The position numbers were made by a program, and so were the translations under genes. This document shows, piece after piece, positions 1 through 13,652 of a DNA stretch of 64,000 nt; the stretch's first letter is position 1; each line of letters opens with the position of its first letter. The notes below the pieces were generated by a model that ran no database searches, was not told the origin of the DNA, and was given only the letters and a program-made list of their open reading frames with translations. The DNA comes from Auanema rhodensis (Eukaryota > Animalia > Nematoda): positions 11,656,001 to 11,720,000 of the forward strand of contig OZ059899.1 in the NCBI GenBank assembly GCA_964057225.1, written 5' to 3'.

Positions 1-3000
1 GCCTTGCTTGATTGGTAAGTAATGCTCGAGTACTCATCATTGAAAAAAAAGTTAACTTTTTGTGAATTAGGTATAATGTATTTTTCCTTTTCTCTTTTTG
101 CTTTTAGTTCTGACTTCAGTCTATCTTCTTCTTATTCACACTTCAAGTATTTGTATCCCTCAAAAAATTTATTTTTTTCTATTTCTCCTGAAATGCATGC
201 TCTTCGAACGGTTGACTAACTCTATCGAAATTAGATCACTTTCTTAGATTTTAATACTGATTACCGGTTTATTTTTTAGTTTTCATATTTATGTTTTCAA
301 TCTTTTCCTCTTGCAGTTCTTGAGGATATTATCAAATTTATGTTTACCATAAATGGTTTCCATCTTATAAAACCAGATACGTCGCGCCTCTTTTTGTCTA
401 TTGTTACATTTGCTTCATACATCCGATTGCCCATCCAGTCATGTAAAAATTTTAATTGAACTAATTTACTGCAATGTTGGAAAGAACTCGTTGTCAGCTC
501 ATGATGACCCAGATTTATACGGTGTTTCGCTTTCCTAAGTTGTTTAAATTAGGAACATTTAAAAGTTTGAATTTTCGGATCTTGTTAGATATTAATTTTG
601 GTTCACTCAAGAAATGTTCTCGTTAGTTGTGATGAATGATTTGATCGTGTAGTGTGGACATTTGGTTTCTCTAGTTTTTGAGCTATACTCGAAGCAAATG
701 CCGGCGATTTATTTCGCACATCACGCTAGCAAGTCACAGGTGTCCCACTAAAAAGATCATATTGATATTCTAGTGTTGTAATTCAAAATCAGCGATTGTT
801 CTTCAATCTTCTCTTTAGAAGTGCTTTGTGTTTTTATTTATATCGTGAACTATAGATCCTCCGCTTTTTCATTATTGATTCAACCTTTTTCAAATAGGTT
901 CATATCAATCATGTTAAGGGTATAGAATACGAAAGCGGTTTAATCACTTTCTATTCGCAATCTTCTCCATCTTTGTTTGCTTTTCTGCTTTGATGTCTTT
1001 TTCACGCATAACCAAGCATACATATATCTTCTATGTAAAAACGGCATTTTGGATCAGTTTTTATCTTTTGTGTAACTAATATAATTTGAATTTTTTTAAA
1101 GAGCCTTATAATCTTCAATATGTATGTTTATGTTCATATCAGGGTTATTTCTTATAATATGATACTATTGGATGTTTATCCCTACGAAATAACAATCAAT
1201 GAACAATCGTTTTCCCAATGACACTTAAAAAGTGCCTAATCCCTCTTATATCCATTTACTTATTCATCCTCAATATCCATTTTCTAATGATATTCAAGGC
1301 AATGTCGGCCTTTATCCTGCTCATCGAATTTGTTCGACAGAATAGAAAAAGAAGATATCTTTATCTAATTTTCATCTTGATATCTAACTCTGCAAAGACT
1401 AAATTTTCAGATTAAAGAGCAGTATCCCTTAATTCCCACTCACTTTGTTTTTTTTTTGAGAGCATGCATCATGTCCTTGACTAACATTCAGTTGCCTTTA
1501 ACTAGAGCGATTTGTACACCTGGTGTATTCTGATGATCGAACGTTACATGAGCTTGTTTTTCGTCTTCTTATGATCTAGCACCGTTTTTAGTATAACAAA
1601 TCCTAAATAATCTAGTATTGCGATCTAGCATCTTAAGAACTTTTGTGTCTTACAACAAGTTTCTTGCCAATCCTTCATGAGTGGCTAAATGGCAATATAA
1701 ATCTGCTGTATACATATATAGCTTGTTTCATCCCTCTGATTTCCTTAAATATTCAAGTATCTTTTTATATTTCGTTCGAAATTTCTCAGTCGTATTGCTC
1801 GATAAAGCGTAATATGAAACTGTCTTTATATTTTTTATTTGCTTTTTACGAAATTACCTAATATCTTAATTCATTTTTTGGAAATTCTTATGAGCCTCAA
1901 TTCTAGTGATCCAGTAGCCCAGATTTCTTAGACCAAACATAGTGTACGCTATAAAATTGAATCTTTCGAGTCTCTGATTCATGTCTCTCTGTGTCATCAG
2001 CCCTAGCGTGCTTGTTTTGATCCCCTTTTTCGAAACCCACAAGACATGTGAAGCCAATTTCATTGATCTTACGATCGCTGTCCACCTAATTTCAAATCCA
2101 CTTATGTTTTCTTGTCATTTTCTTTTTCAACATTCTCTCACATCGCGGACATAGTAACAGTTGTTGATTGCTTGTTTCTAGCATGACTATGCTCTATTCT
2201 TTTTTCTAAAGTTATGACCAACTGGCGGTACTTCGTGATGTCTAGTTGACCCTAAACTAACATTCTAGTTATTTTTACCGAAACAACGTTAATAGTTTCT
2301 CTAAAGTTTCTCAATTACCTCTCTATTCTTTCTACTCTACCGACTGCAATTATCTAGCCCGTAACGTATCTTCACATCCAAAAAACTCCTTTATCTAGCT
2401 GTATTATTCTTTCTTCCAGAAGTTAATTCGTTACTTATTTGGTATGGGGATGACAGCTGAATAGCAGTTGTTTTCTTTTTTAGTCAACACAAATTGTAGA
2501 AAATTCACATATTTCCTCGTTCATTATCATCTAAAATATTTCTTTTTATCGAACACAAATATCATCGCTAATATAAATATGGTGTTTTTGACTAAAATAA
2601 ATCTCGAGAGACCGATTCCGTTCGCTAGATAAACGTTATCCTTTTCAATCTACAGTGAACATAGTTACTATTTCTTCTGAATGTACTCATTTTTATCTTG
2701 TATAACCTGAGAATAACATCTTTTAGCGGTCCTCATATTCTATTTGTAACTTATCGTCTTGTAGCGAATGAAAATGATATCTCGAGATAATCGTACCAAG
2801 GTTATATATCATCTCATAAATGACGTTATATCGTCTGTCAGACTCATTGAAGTGTGGGTCGCGCTGTCATCATAGCGACAAGGGAAAGATCCTTTCTTCC
2901 CAATTTTTATCGGTGAGATATCTCAAACATAAAAAGTAAAGATGACGGTGTCTATACACCCCATCATGCGCATAACCCAAAAATTCCCTCTCACTCAAGT

Positions 3001-6000
3001 GACTCTTTTTTTGGAGAAAAGCCCTTTAATAATAAATTTTCGCATCAATCAATTAAAAATGAGTGTATCTTAGTTCTTCTTTTTGCCACTGCCCTTACAA
3101 AGTTTCGACTCAACCTCATCCTAAGTTATAAGAAATGCGTCTATTTATGTTTATACTTGCCTTCTCTGTATGATGACCAGATGCGAATAGTTTATTTTGA
3201 GCGATTAGTTTCTATTCTTCTCTCACTTCACATCCAGCATTTGGCGTTAATATTCGTTATATTCATAGACATAGCTAATAGTATATTTAGCATTCAATTT
3301 GAATAACCGTTTTTAAGATATTATTTCAAAACTCTTGTTGGAAGAGAAAGAAAGAGAAAGACACAAAGCTTTGTCGATTTTTCTCATTTCTCATTATTTT
3401 CAGTTTTAGATCCTCTTATATATACTATATATGTTTAATATTTCCTGATTACTTACTTAACACTGTGAGTTATTACGCCATAATTACGTACACGGGTCAA
3501 TAGCTTAGTGTAACTAAAAATTATAATAAATGTCATTTCTGCTCTGTTATTCCGTTTTTTTTCTTTTATTTATCTTTATTACATTCACATAAGTTTTCTT
3601 ATCATCTATGTTAAAGATCTTAATTGACTCACATTCCACAGCCCGCTCCTATTGATAAGACGATTTTATTGAAAGTCAGGTCAATATTCATCTCCTCCTC
3701 CAGCACATATACACAAGACCTGTCACAAACCCATATGGTGTCAGTATTTATTACAGTTTTTACTTTTCTTTCAACTTTTTCATAGAAAGTCACTTTTTAT
3801 TATTATTTTTGAACTCATTCAATAGCCATTAATATGGGTAATGATCTTAATGTCTAGAGAGTTGTTTGCTAATTACAACTGGCTGAATTCACTTCCTTTG
3901 AGACCTGGTTTTATCAATCCCGCCTAATTCAAAATGTATACTCGTGTTATCGGATAGGATTGTAATTTAATTCACGGATATCATAATGGATTAATCCAAA
4001 ATTCAAATATCTGTAATTTCATGAGAATTATCATTTTATAATCATCAACTACCCATTTCTTACATAATTCATACATACGATTCAACTGCCGCTTTTCTTT
4101 CAATCGCTTAATCGCTCGTGCGCCGCGTTTCCTTATCTAAACAATTCTTAGTCATTTTTTAGTTGATTGCTTTGATTCATCTCCTTAAATTTCCTACTCA
4201 GTATTTGGAAACTTTCACGAATAGATAACTTTTATTTGTTTTACGCACCTTCTCCGAAAGAAAAAGCTCACTATTTTTTGCATTGATTGCGATAAATGCT
4301 GTTTATTTTTTTCGAATTCATAATCGTATAATTTACACTTTTGAAGAATAAGTTGTTAAAAACACTCATATGTTATCTTCCGCTTTAACGTTATCTATTG
4401 ATTGTTATATTTGAATGTTTTAACTTATCTTTGTTTGATATCACTTTTACCTTATTTTTCACATTTTCATTACTTTTATCAATCGAAAAAAATACTTTTA
4501 TTAAACAATGTATATAGTTTTGGAGGATGCTGACAACGTAAGGTCGTTCTTCATAAGTTCAAACGAAAATGTGTAGTAACTAAAGTTGTTTCTTGCACAT
4601 CTGTCCTATACTAAAGTGTCACATCTTCATGAGTAATAGGTCTAGTAAAACGTTTTGTATATATTCATATGGTCTCGTGGGACCTATTTATTCTTCATCG
4701 CAACAGCTCTCTTTTATCCATCTGGGACTGAAACTTTTAGTTTCACGTCGAGAATATTACATGTGCAAGTATTTCATGCTTAGTAGTTCTCAGATCAATA
4801 CAAACTTCTTCCCATCTTCGCAATGATTCAGCTTCTTCATAAGTACGTAAATGTGCTTTCCTATTATACATCCCACGCTTTATAGGTGGATGGTTGATTG
4901 TGACTCATATCACCACCATTTCTCCGCTTTCATGACACAATTCATTTTCCTTTTAACACAGTGTTGGTGACCAACATTGTTCTATTACATGTACTTAATC
5001 ACATTCTGTTTTTGCATTATAATAACTAGTTATAATTTCATTCCTCAGATTCTATTTTATATTTAAAAGTAGTATTGTTCTTCATTTATGTTATGTAAGT
5101 CTTTTATCTAAGTTTTGGTTACTACTTATTGCTGGTGCCAGTCTCCTCATTGGAAACTAATATAATTGAGCATTGAAAGTCTATCATTATTATTTCTCAT
5201 ATCGCTTCCCTCATAACCTCTCTTGCTGCGACTAATGAAGACAAATTCTTAACGGCTCTTAGCATATATTATGCACAGCTCCTTATTTGAGATCCACGTT
5301 TATGTAAATGCAAGCTACTGCAGTGGTTATTGGGATTTTTGAGTTTTCTTATTTTCTTTTCGCCTCAACAAATCCATTAGTAGTCCACATATAGAGCGTA
5401 ATGGATTGATTCAACCTCTTATTACCTGCACTTTGCTGAGGGGGAGAGATATACATATATAGTGACTCAATGTTATAGCTTGAGTGCTGGTGGGCTATTC
5501 ATTCATTTGTTACCTAAAACGCCCAGTACTCTGAAATTTGAGAACATTTAATCACTAAGCTCAGGATATATAATCCACACCTTTGCTTATTATGCCATTT
5601 AGAATCAAGAATAGTCAGTATAAGTATACTTATGCGCCATTACGCAGGAATCATCTCCGCCCTGTTTTTTTAATTCCCAACATTTGTCATCCTCGAGGTT
5701 TCTGAAAAGACACTTCGTTCAATTCTCGTATAAATGCCAGTGCGTCTATCAACTGCAGTTTAGATGAAGTGACGATTTGATTAGATCGGAAAAAGCGCCT
5801 TCTTTGGTTGTTCTTTCCCTCTTCAATTGTCCTTGTTTTCTTTCATTTTCTATTTTTGATTTTTTTAGATCCGCATTTGCAAATTCCTAATTGCTACTAG
5901 TTTGAGCATATTTATATTTATATTTACATGTTTTTTTATTTTGTTTTCTATATTAGCACTTTTTTGAAATAATCTTTTATAAATTTCTCCTTTCAAACGT

Positions 6001-8008
6001 TTGTCATCGCACATAACCTTATCATGAGTTATGTTGCTTTGATGATTCAGCCTTCTTTTCAAAGCTATTGAACAATACTACCCTATAGCAAGAGCACGTC
6101 TTGAATGTTGCTTGTTTTCTTTCCTTGTAGCAATGTCCAAGTTACATATATCATTTGAAAATTAAATTAAACTACCAAATTACCTATGTATGGTCTACTA
6201 TCCTTATCGCCTGTCCAACTTATTTAGTTAGGATTTCCATATCCTCTTTCTATAATCTTCGTTTTTTTGCGGAACAGCTGTCCGTAACTAGTTTCTTCCC
6301 CAATGTTTTTTCAATCTCCGCATTTTCTTAAAAACTTTATAAATTTTTCATATATTCAACTTGTTCTTCAATTCCATTGGTTTCTTAGTTGCATATCCCA
6401 TCTAAAACATTCAGATATTTTATCTTGATCCTGTCCTTAATCAGAAATTTGCTAATTGGTATTAGCATAGTTTTGCCCATTTTTTATTTCTCTCCTTAAT
6501 AGATTTACCTCATCCCTCGGTTAACCAGCCTTGACCTGTTGCCACATCTCTATACTTTGTTTCAAGTTCATATGTTTTGTAGTGAATAGACAGACCCATT
6601 CCTCCTGAATTCAGCCGTATTTATTTGTTTGTGTTCTTTTTTACCTAATAAAAGAGTTGGGTCATCGTTTAGCTGTTGTTGATTCTGTCTTTTTTTTTCG
6701 GAAACCAACCGCGAACTTGCAATTGATATCTTCCCTCTTTCACGTTTGTTTATGAGCTGCAATATTCCGTACAGCTGAAATGTGGATCGTTTTTGCTTCA
6801 AGTAGTCGTTATAATTGTAGCTGAAGTCCCATTCTATGTTTCTCATTTGAATGAGATCATTTATAAGCTTATCAAAATACTATTTTCATTGTTTTCTAGT
6901 AGAGAATATACCTAGTTTCTCGTGACTGCTCTTCCTTTCGACATTTTCCGTCTTTTGTTCCCTTACCTTCGCCTGTAATTTAAGTCATGAAAAGACTATA
7001 AGGTTTGTAGAGATGACTTCTTGGCGCCAGCTATTATCTAGATGCCGCCTGATCCTCACCTTGATGACCTTTACCAAAACGTCCTAAATGAAAACCTGCT
7101 CAAGTCTCTTAGGCTAGTAGCGTCAGTATTTGTATGCCCTACCTTAGAATAGGGCGTGGTTTGCATCTCATAACACCAACGTGTCTGGACTCTCTGTGAG
7201 TAATACAAGGTTGACCTATCTGTTGTCGAGCGGGGTCTGTTGTCTCCGCCTGCTATACACTCTCTATGAATGTGTATATCTTCCCCCCTATGTCTCTGAC
7301 GGTCACTCTGCAGTTCTTTCTTTCTCTTCCCGGCTCTCTTTCTCGCTCCCCTGCCCGTCCTCTCCATATTTTGTCAGACACCAGCGCAGATCTCCACGCT
7401 CACGTATCCAATTGTCATATAGCTATTATTTCGAATACTTTTTTTTTACGTTGGACCATAAGTTTATTGATTAATAGTATTGCTAGATGCACGAACATCT
7501 ACTCGTTTCTAATTTCCATCTTTGTCCCGATTTTTCAGGGTTTTCCCTGATCCTATTATGACATTTCTGTTTTAGGGGCAACATATCGTTCCTTAACTAC
7601 CTTATGTGCTTATGAAAATCTTATTGTGACTTTGATTCTTGTTTTTGTCCAGATAAATTAGATTTGTGTGCTACTTTTGTCTAGCCGTGTGTTCACGGTC
7701 TTTTTTTGTTATTTAAGTTTTGCTTCTTATTTTTCTCCTATCAAAATGCGTGGTCTATTCGCTTCTAAAGCACTTTTTTCTTATTGTTAAGCTTGTATTT
7801 CTTCTTATTCAACTCTATTTCCAACTCAATTGCTCTATTCTTATTCTTATTTTTCAGAAACTTCTTATCTACTAATCTACGAATATTATTTATTACTATA
7901 CTTATTCACAAAGTTAAAGTTAGCTGCAAAATTGAGTACTCGAGCAACCAATCAAACCTTATATCCTCTAGCCTAGCAAAATTGTAGTTTTATGGCTTTT
8001 CCTTTAAG
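1..8008 (+). other. hmr-1: 3' part of a very large intron of the long (HMR-1B-type) cadherin isoform; probably also holds the promoter/outron of the short isoform
   Basis: No credible exon recognised. T-rich skew on the + strand. Ends at the acceptor TTTAAG (8008) before an exon that starts mid-cadherin repeat (PLDYED), so upstream exons must lie outside the window. Confidence 0.75.
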
Positions 8009-11000
8009 CCTCTCGACTACGAAGATCCGGCCCAAAAGGACGGTTTCAACGTACGCGTCCGTGTCAACGACGGAAAACACGATGCCTACAGCAACATCGT
8101 CATCGCTTTACACGATAGGAACGACCATGCTCCAGAGGTTGAAGGGCCATCTGAGCTCAACATCCCCGAAGATCAACGAATTGGATCAGAGATTGCCAAA
8201 TTCACAATCATTGACCGGGACCATGAAGATTCAAACAGGGCCAGGTAGGCAGGGGTTATTGGGTCTTTGGTTGGTTATGCTCGTTGTATTCCTTATTCCA
8301 AGCCCTGTGCTTGCTAACGATCTGTCGTTGCCTTTCGGGTTAGATCCCTCATTGACAAAATCGCGATTTTCAACCTATGTGGGTCCTAAGGCTCGTGATA
8401 TTCGCGTATTTGTTATGAAAAACATTAGTGAAGATACTTCCATTGGCACTGTGCTTGATACATTCAAAGCACACGACCCGACAATGAATTCGTTTAACTA
8501 TACGTAAGTATTTGATTTTGTTGTTTGTTAAAAAGTTAAATATGAATACACAAATATATATAAAATTTGAAATTGACAGACGTTGAATATCTTTTTTCTT
8601 TAAGATTCCGTATTAATCGTCAGTCTGACCCAAAACGTCAGTTCAGCATCGATCAAGACGGAACTTTGAAAGTGGCACAACGTCTTGATCGTGAAGATAT
8701 TCCTAGTTACAAACTTATTATTGAGGCATATGATGCAGGTTTGAAACATTTTTTGTCTAAGGATATATGTTTCAATTTCTAGCCGATAATGTTGGAACTC
8801 AAATGGTTGCCGTTTATCTACAAGATGTTAATGACAATGGTCCTGAACCATATACTATTCCCAAAACATGCATTTTCATGGAAAATACTCCAGTTAATCA
8901 AATGGGAACATGTGAAATAAGAGCAACTGATAGAGACACTGGGTAAAAATTTATTTTCTCATGTTGCATAATTTGTGGATTTTTAGAGATTATGGACCAC
9001 CCTTCAGCATGCAACTTGATAATAGCTTTAAATATTTGAATTATCTAAGTGTTACATTTGATTCAAGTAAGTTTCTTTTAATGCTGGCTCTTTTTGACGT
9101 TTTGAAGGTCAATTCTGACCGTCTTTTTTTCTTTTTGTATGCTTCCGTTACGGTGATTAATCATTAACCTTTCAGAAGGAGACGAAGGAAACGGTTCTAT
9201 GACAATAAAGCCATTGGTTGAATTTGATCGCGAATCTGAAATTCCTGGAAAAGTAAATAAATAATTCTTTCAGCTGTTTTCATATGTCTGGTTATAGGTA
9301 TTAGAAGTCCCACTTATACTAGCTGACAAAGCTGGAAAGGTCAATCACGCTTCTGTGTATGTCGTCATTGGAGATCAGGTAAATGATAGAAAAATTATAA
9401 ATTTGTCGTTATGTATTTATCTCTTTTCCACCTTTTTGGAATATGATGCTCTTTTGCAATCTATAATAAGGCCCATAGTTGCGCAAAGGATAATCCTCGT
9501 CGGGCTTCTTTTTAGTTCTCGAACCTGTGATTTATAAGTAGGGAACCCGATGCAGTAGTTTTTACCACTTATATAAAAAGTGAAATTAGAGACTGTAGAT
9601 GCTCACTCTGATTTGAATTTAGTATTATATTCTTAATTGAAAAGTGCCATAATCCAAATTTATCCTTGATTACGAAAAAATTTAATTTTTTGTTAATGTT
9701 ACTCATTCCCACGTCCTTGATGAGGGTAAATCGTGTTATATTGTTTTGCTGAGATTGGTAGGGCAGAGTGGGGCCGCGAATTGTTGGGGTCGGCGAAAGG
9801 TATGTTGACCATTCATAGGTCTCCCTTATTATAGTCTACTAGCTAACATAACCATCAACGTTCAATTGTTTGAACAAGAGCCACGGGTCACAAGGAGAGC
9901 AACCTTCTCTGCGCGATAGGCGTTGAAGATTTTCTACACTTGTTATATTCAGCCGAACTCGAGAGGGGTGGATAAAAATTAACAAAAATTGCATTCCTAA
10001 AAAATAAAAAAGAATGAGTTGACAATATAACTGTCGTTGCTTAAAATTATTTTTCGTAATACTTACTACTGGGCTGAAAAGCTAGAGTTTCTAATCTATT
10101 ATAATAAGTAAGTGTGTTACGTATTCAGAACTTATTAATATAATGAGAGTATGTTCATATCTAACAATAGTGCTTATATCAATCTATATAGAGTCAGTTC
10201 TATGACCTAGAATATAGAAGATAATCTCTGTCTTATATGGTTGTTAATTAATTATTTTTTCAGAATGACAATCCTATGCGAGACGGAAGTATGACTATTA
10301 CTGTTAATAGTTACTTGGATAAGCTTGAAAAGACCGTTATTGGACGGGTTTATGTAGATGATTTGGACGATTGGGATCTTGGCGACAAAACTTTCTCCAT
10401 GCAGCAATCCCAACCAGGATTTAGCATATCACCACGTGGTGATATAACTATGGATGCTAACATGCCTCCGGGAACATATAAATTATCTAGCAAGGTTGTT
10501 GATAATGTCCGTAATGAGGAAGCTATTGGATATGTTACCGTTGATGTCATTGTCGTCCCTCAAATAGCATTTGATAATCAAGTTTGTTTGGAAATTTGAA
10601 GGCTCTTCTAATTTTTTTTTCAAAATAGGGGTCGATGCAGTTGCTCATTGCCGAAAACACAAATCTTCAGTACCCTGAAGACTTCATCCGTGTTAATAGT
10701 TCTGGCACAAGTATGATGAAGATCTTTGTGGAGAAAATGGTCAATTACATTGGAGGTTCAGTGTCATTAGATGTATTTTCTGTCCAGGTATACTTTGATT
10801 TCCTCTTCTTCATTCATTTTGTTCTTTTAGTTGGGAATTGCAACTTTGCAAACTCAAAATGTGCCTGTCCTCAATGTTCGTTTCTCTGCTCATGGATCAC
10901 CATATAGGGATCCTGCTCTCATGAACGGTCTTGTGTCTGCTCATCGCGAAGAATTACAATCTTTGATGGGAACAACTATTGTTGGAGTAGGGATTGATAT

Positions 11001-13652
11001 GTGCAAATTCACCACATGCGACGCTGGGTGTCAAACTGTTAATACTGCTGATTTCGAAGGAGTTGTCGTGTCTGCCAATAGCACTGTTTTGGTTGGTGTT
11101 AACACCGTATCTAAAGATGACTGCACCTGTCCTGTCTGGAACCCACCTGCAGAATGTAGATCCGGCTTATGTCACAATGATGGTGTTTGTCATAATACTC
11201 TTCCTGGATTCTTCTGCGAATGTCGAAATGACTTCTTGAAAGGAATGCGCTGTCAGGGAACTACAAGATCATTTAGTGGATCTGGTTTTGCTTGGTACAA
11301 GCCTATGCCTGCTTGTACCAGCCTGAATATTTCCTTGAGCTTCATGACAACTCAGGCGAACGGTCTCATATTCTATAATGGACCCATGGATACCAAGACA
11401 AATGAGCTTCAAATTGAGTATCGTGATTACATTATCATCCAATTGAAGAATGGAAGAGTGAACGTTGAAGTATGTTTGTTATCTTTATTCAAAATGTTAA
11501 ATGCAATTGTTTCAGATATCTATGAATGGTATGGTTCCAGTTGACCTCGAAGTTGCATCAAGCAATGGATTGAATGATGGAAAATGGCATACTCTATTGG
11601 TCACTCAGAACGGAAAGGTACTTCCTTTTACGAGCTATTTTGTAATCTTTCCATGCAAATTAACGTACTGATTTTGCTTTGAGTACATAAGTGCACTTTG
11701 AGTCAATTTACTCGTTACTTCATAGTTTAGTAGACTTAGTGTGTATCCCTTAATTGGCTGATTCTTGTTTGCATATCGTTCAATATGTCTTTACATTAGC
11801 ATAATTACTGGCTTTCCCCTCTCTCTCAATATGAAGAAACTTGCTAATTTAAGAAATGATGTCTCCTAATTAAGAGACTTTAGTACAATAATAGAACATA
11901 TTACATTTATCTATTTTAGCATATCACACTTGTCATCGATGATTGTCGCGACTTCAACGCAAGTACTGGAGAAACCATCTGCCGACACTCTGTTTCCACA
12001 CCAGATGACGACGAGCGTCTCAATATCGTTGCTCCAGTTCAGATTGGAGGATTGGATCCACTTTCTACGGGACAACAATATCCTGCTACTGTTCCTCGCA
12101 CTGGTCTTACTGGGTGTATTCGAAACCTTTATGTAAATGGCGATCAATATGACTTAGCAACTCCAGCTTATGAAAAGAATTCTGAAACAGGATGTAAATT
12201 ATGGGGTAGTGCTTGTGATAGCAACTCTGTCGATACTGTTTCATATTGTGTTCATGGAGATTGTTATGCCAATGCTCCTGGAGAATCACCACCGGTTCCT
12301 AAATGCATTTGTGACCCCGGATGGGGAGGCCTCAGATGTGATCAGCGTATTCAATGGGTGCAGTTCCATGGCGGCTCTATACAATATGAACCCAAAATTG
12401 CATTCTCTAGTCAAGTGAATGACATCGAGCTTCTTTTCATTCCCGGCCGTGTGTCATCATCTGCAGGAACTACTTATGGAACAGATGACCAGAATTACGT
12501 CTCAACATCCTTGGATGTCATCAATGACGTTTTAACACCAAGTGCTAAATTCAATGTTGGATCGCCGACAGCCCAGATTCTACGGGTTCCAGGCATTAAT
12601 TTGAAGGAAAATGGCTCTTACTGGATGCAAATGACTCGTAATCCTACAAGGTAAGTACAGTTGATCTACAATGTATCGATAATTATCTTTATTTCTTTTC
12701 AGAGCTTCGCTTTCTATTGATGGAGCTTATCATAATACAATGTATTTTGATCAGATTTCACCAAGAAATCAAATGAATACTAACCAAATCGTACTCGGAA
12801 GTCAAGATGGCAAAGTTTTCCGTGGTTGTGTAGGAACCTATAGATGGGAACATCAAGATCTCCCTCTTCACAAACCTGTTTCACAAGCCGTTGAAGACAC
12901 TGGCATTGTTTCAATCGTCCAGGCGACTGGTGTTGCCGATGGCTGCTCACTCAGAATCACTTGCGCTGATCTACCATCTGGCTTCTGTAGTGGAGCTTTC
13001 GTATGTGTGGATTTCTGGAAAGGACCCTTCTGTACTTGCGCTGACGGAGCCAACGCTATATTAGGCGATGACGGACAAGTCGTTGGATGTGGAGAAACTC
13101 TTGCTGTTGCTAAGTTGGGAATCAGCAGTCCTGCTATTATCCTTATTCTTGTATCTTTGGCTCTTCTAATAAGTGAGTTTTACATTGAAATTAATTTTCA
13201 TAATTAATGTTTTTTAGTGCTTGTGCTTCTGATGGTTGTTTACACCAGAAGACAGCCAACTGTATTTGATGCTGTTAGGCCAGAAGAAGGTCATAACGGT
13301 AACATGAGACCCTACGACTATGAAGGCGGCGGAGAAGCTGACAATAACGCATATTCCATTGATAACTTGAGAAAGCCTGTTATGCCCCCAGATGGAAACG
13401 GACTAGGTCCCGTGGCTCCTCCAGTATACGGAAGACCAGTTGGTATGTATTTTTATATCCAGATCTTTTAAAGTAAAATTTCTTGCAGATGATCGCCTTA
13501 ACTCACAAATCAATGATCTCGAGGGTGATCAGAATCATGCTCCATACGATGAATTAAGAATATATGATGATGAAAAAGACAATATTTCTGTCGTTACATT
13601 GGAAAGTTTGGAAAGTGCCTCAGGTGCTGCCGCTAACACCAAGTATTGTTAA
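8009..13652 (+). CDS. hmr-1: Classical cadherin, long isoform (HMR-1B-type), 3' partial
   Basis: Exon 8009-8244 reads [78 protein letters not shown], with cadherin motifs LDYE, DxNDHAP, PE and DxD. Donor GTAGGC at 8245 is phase 2 and joins exon 8605 ([14 protein letters not shown]). Confidence 0.88.
8223..13652 (+). CDS. hmr-1: Classical cadherin, short isoform (HMR-1A-type): signal peptide, cadherin repeats, EGF/Laminin-G, TM, catenin-binding tail
   Basis: Starts [31 protein letters not shown] (C. elegans HMR-1A starts MKIRMGPGR, from memory). GT-AG introns traced in frame. [18 protein letters not shown]; cytoplasmic EGGGEADN and [23 protein letters not shown]; TAA at 13650-13652. Confidence 0.97.

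Noticed and set aside
7992-8008. ATG 7992 as the start of the 171-aa ORF
   Set aside because: It lies in the intron/outron upstream of the acceptor at 8008; the signal-peptide start matching HMR-1A is 8223.
9635-9780. RNase MRP/P RNA (GAAAAGTGCC ... AGTGGGGCC)
   Set aside because: The two segments cannot form the conserved P4 helix.
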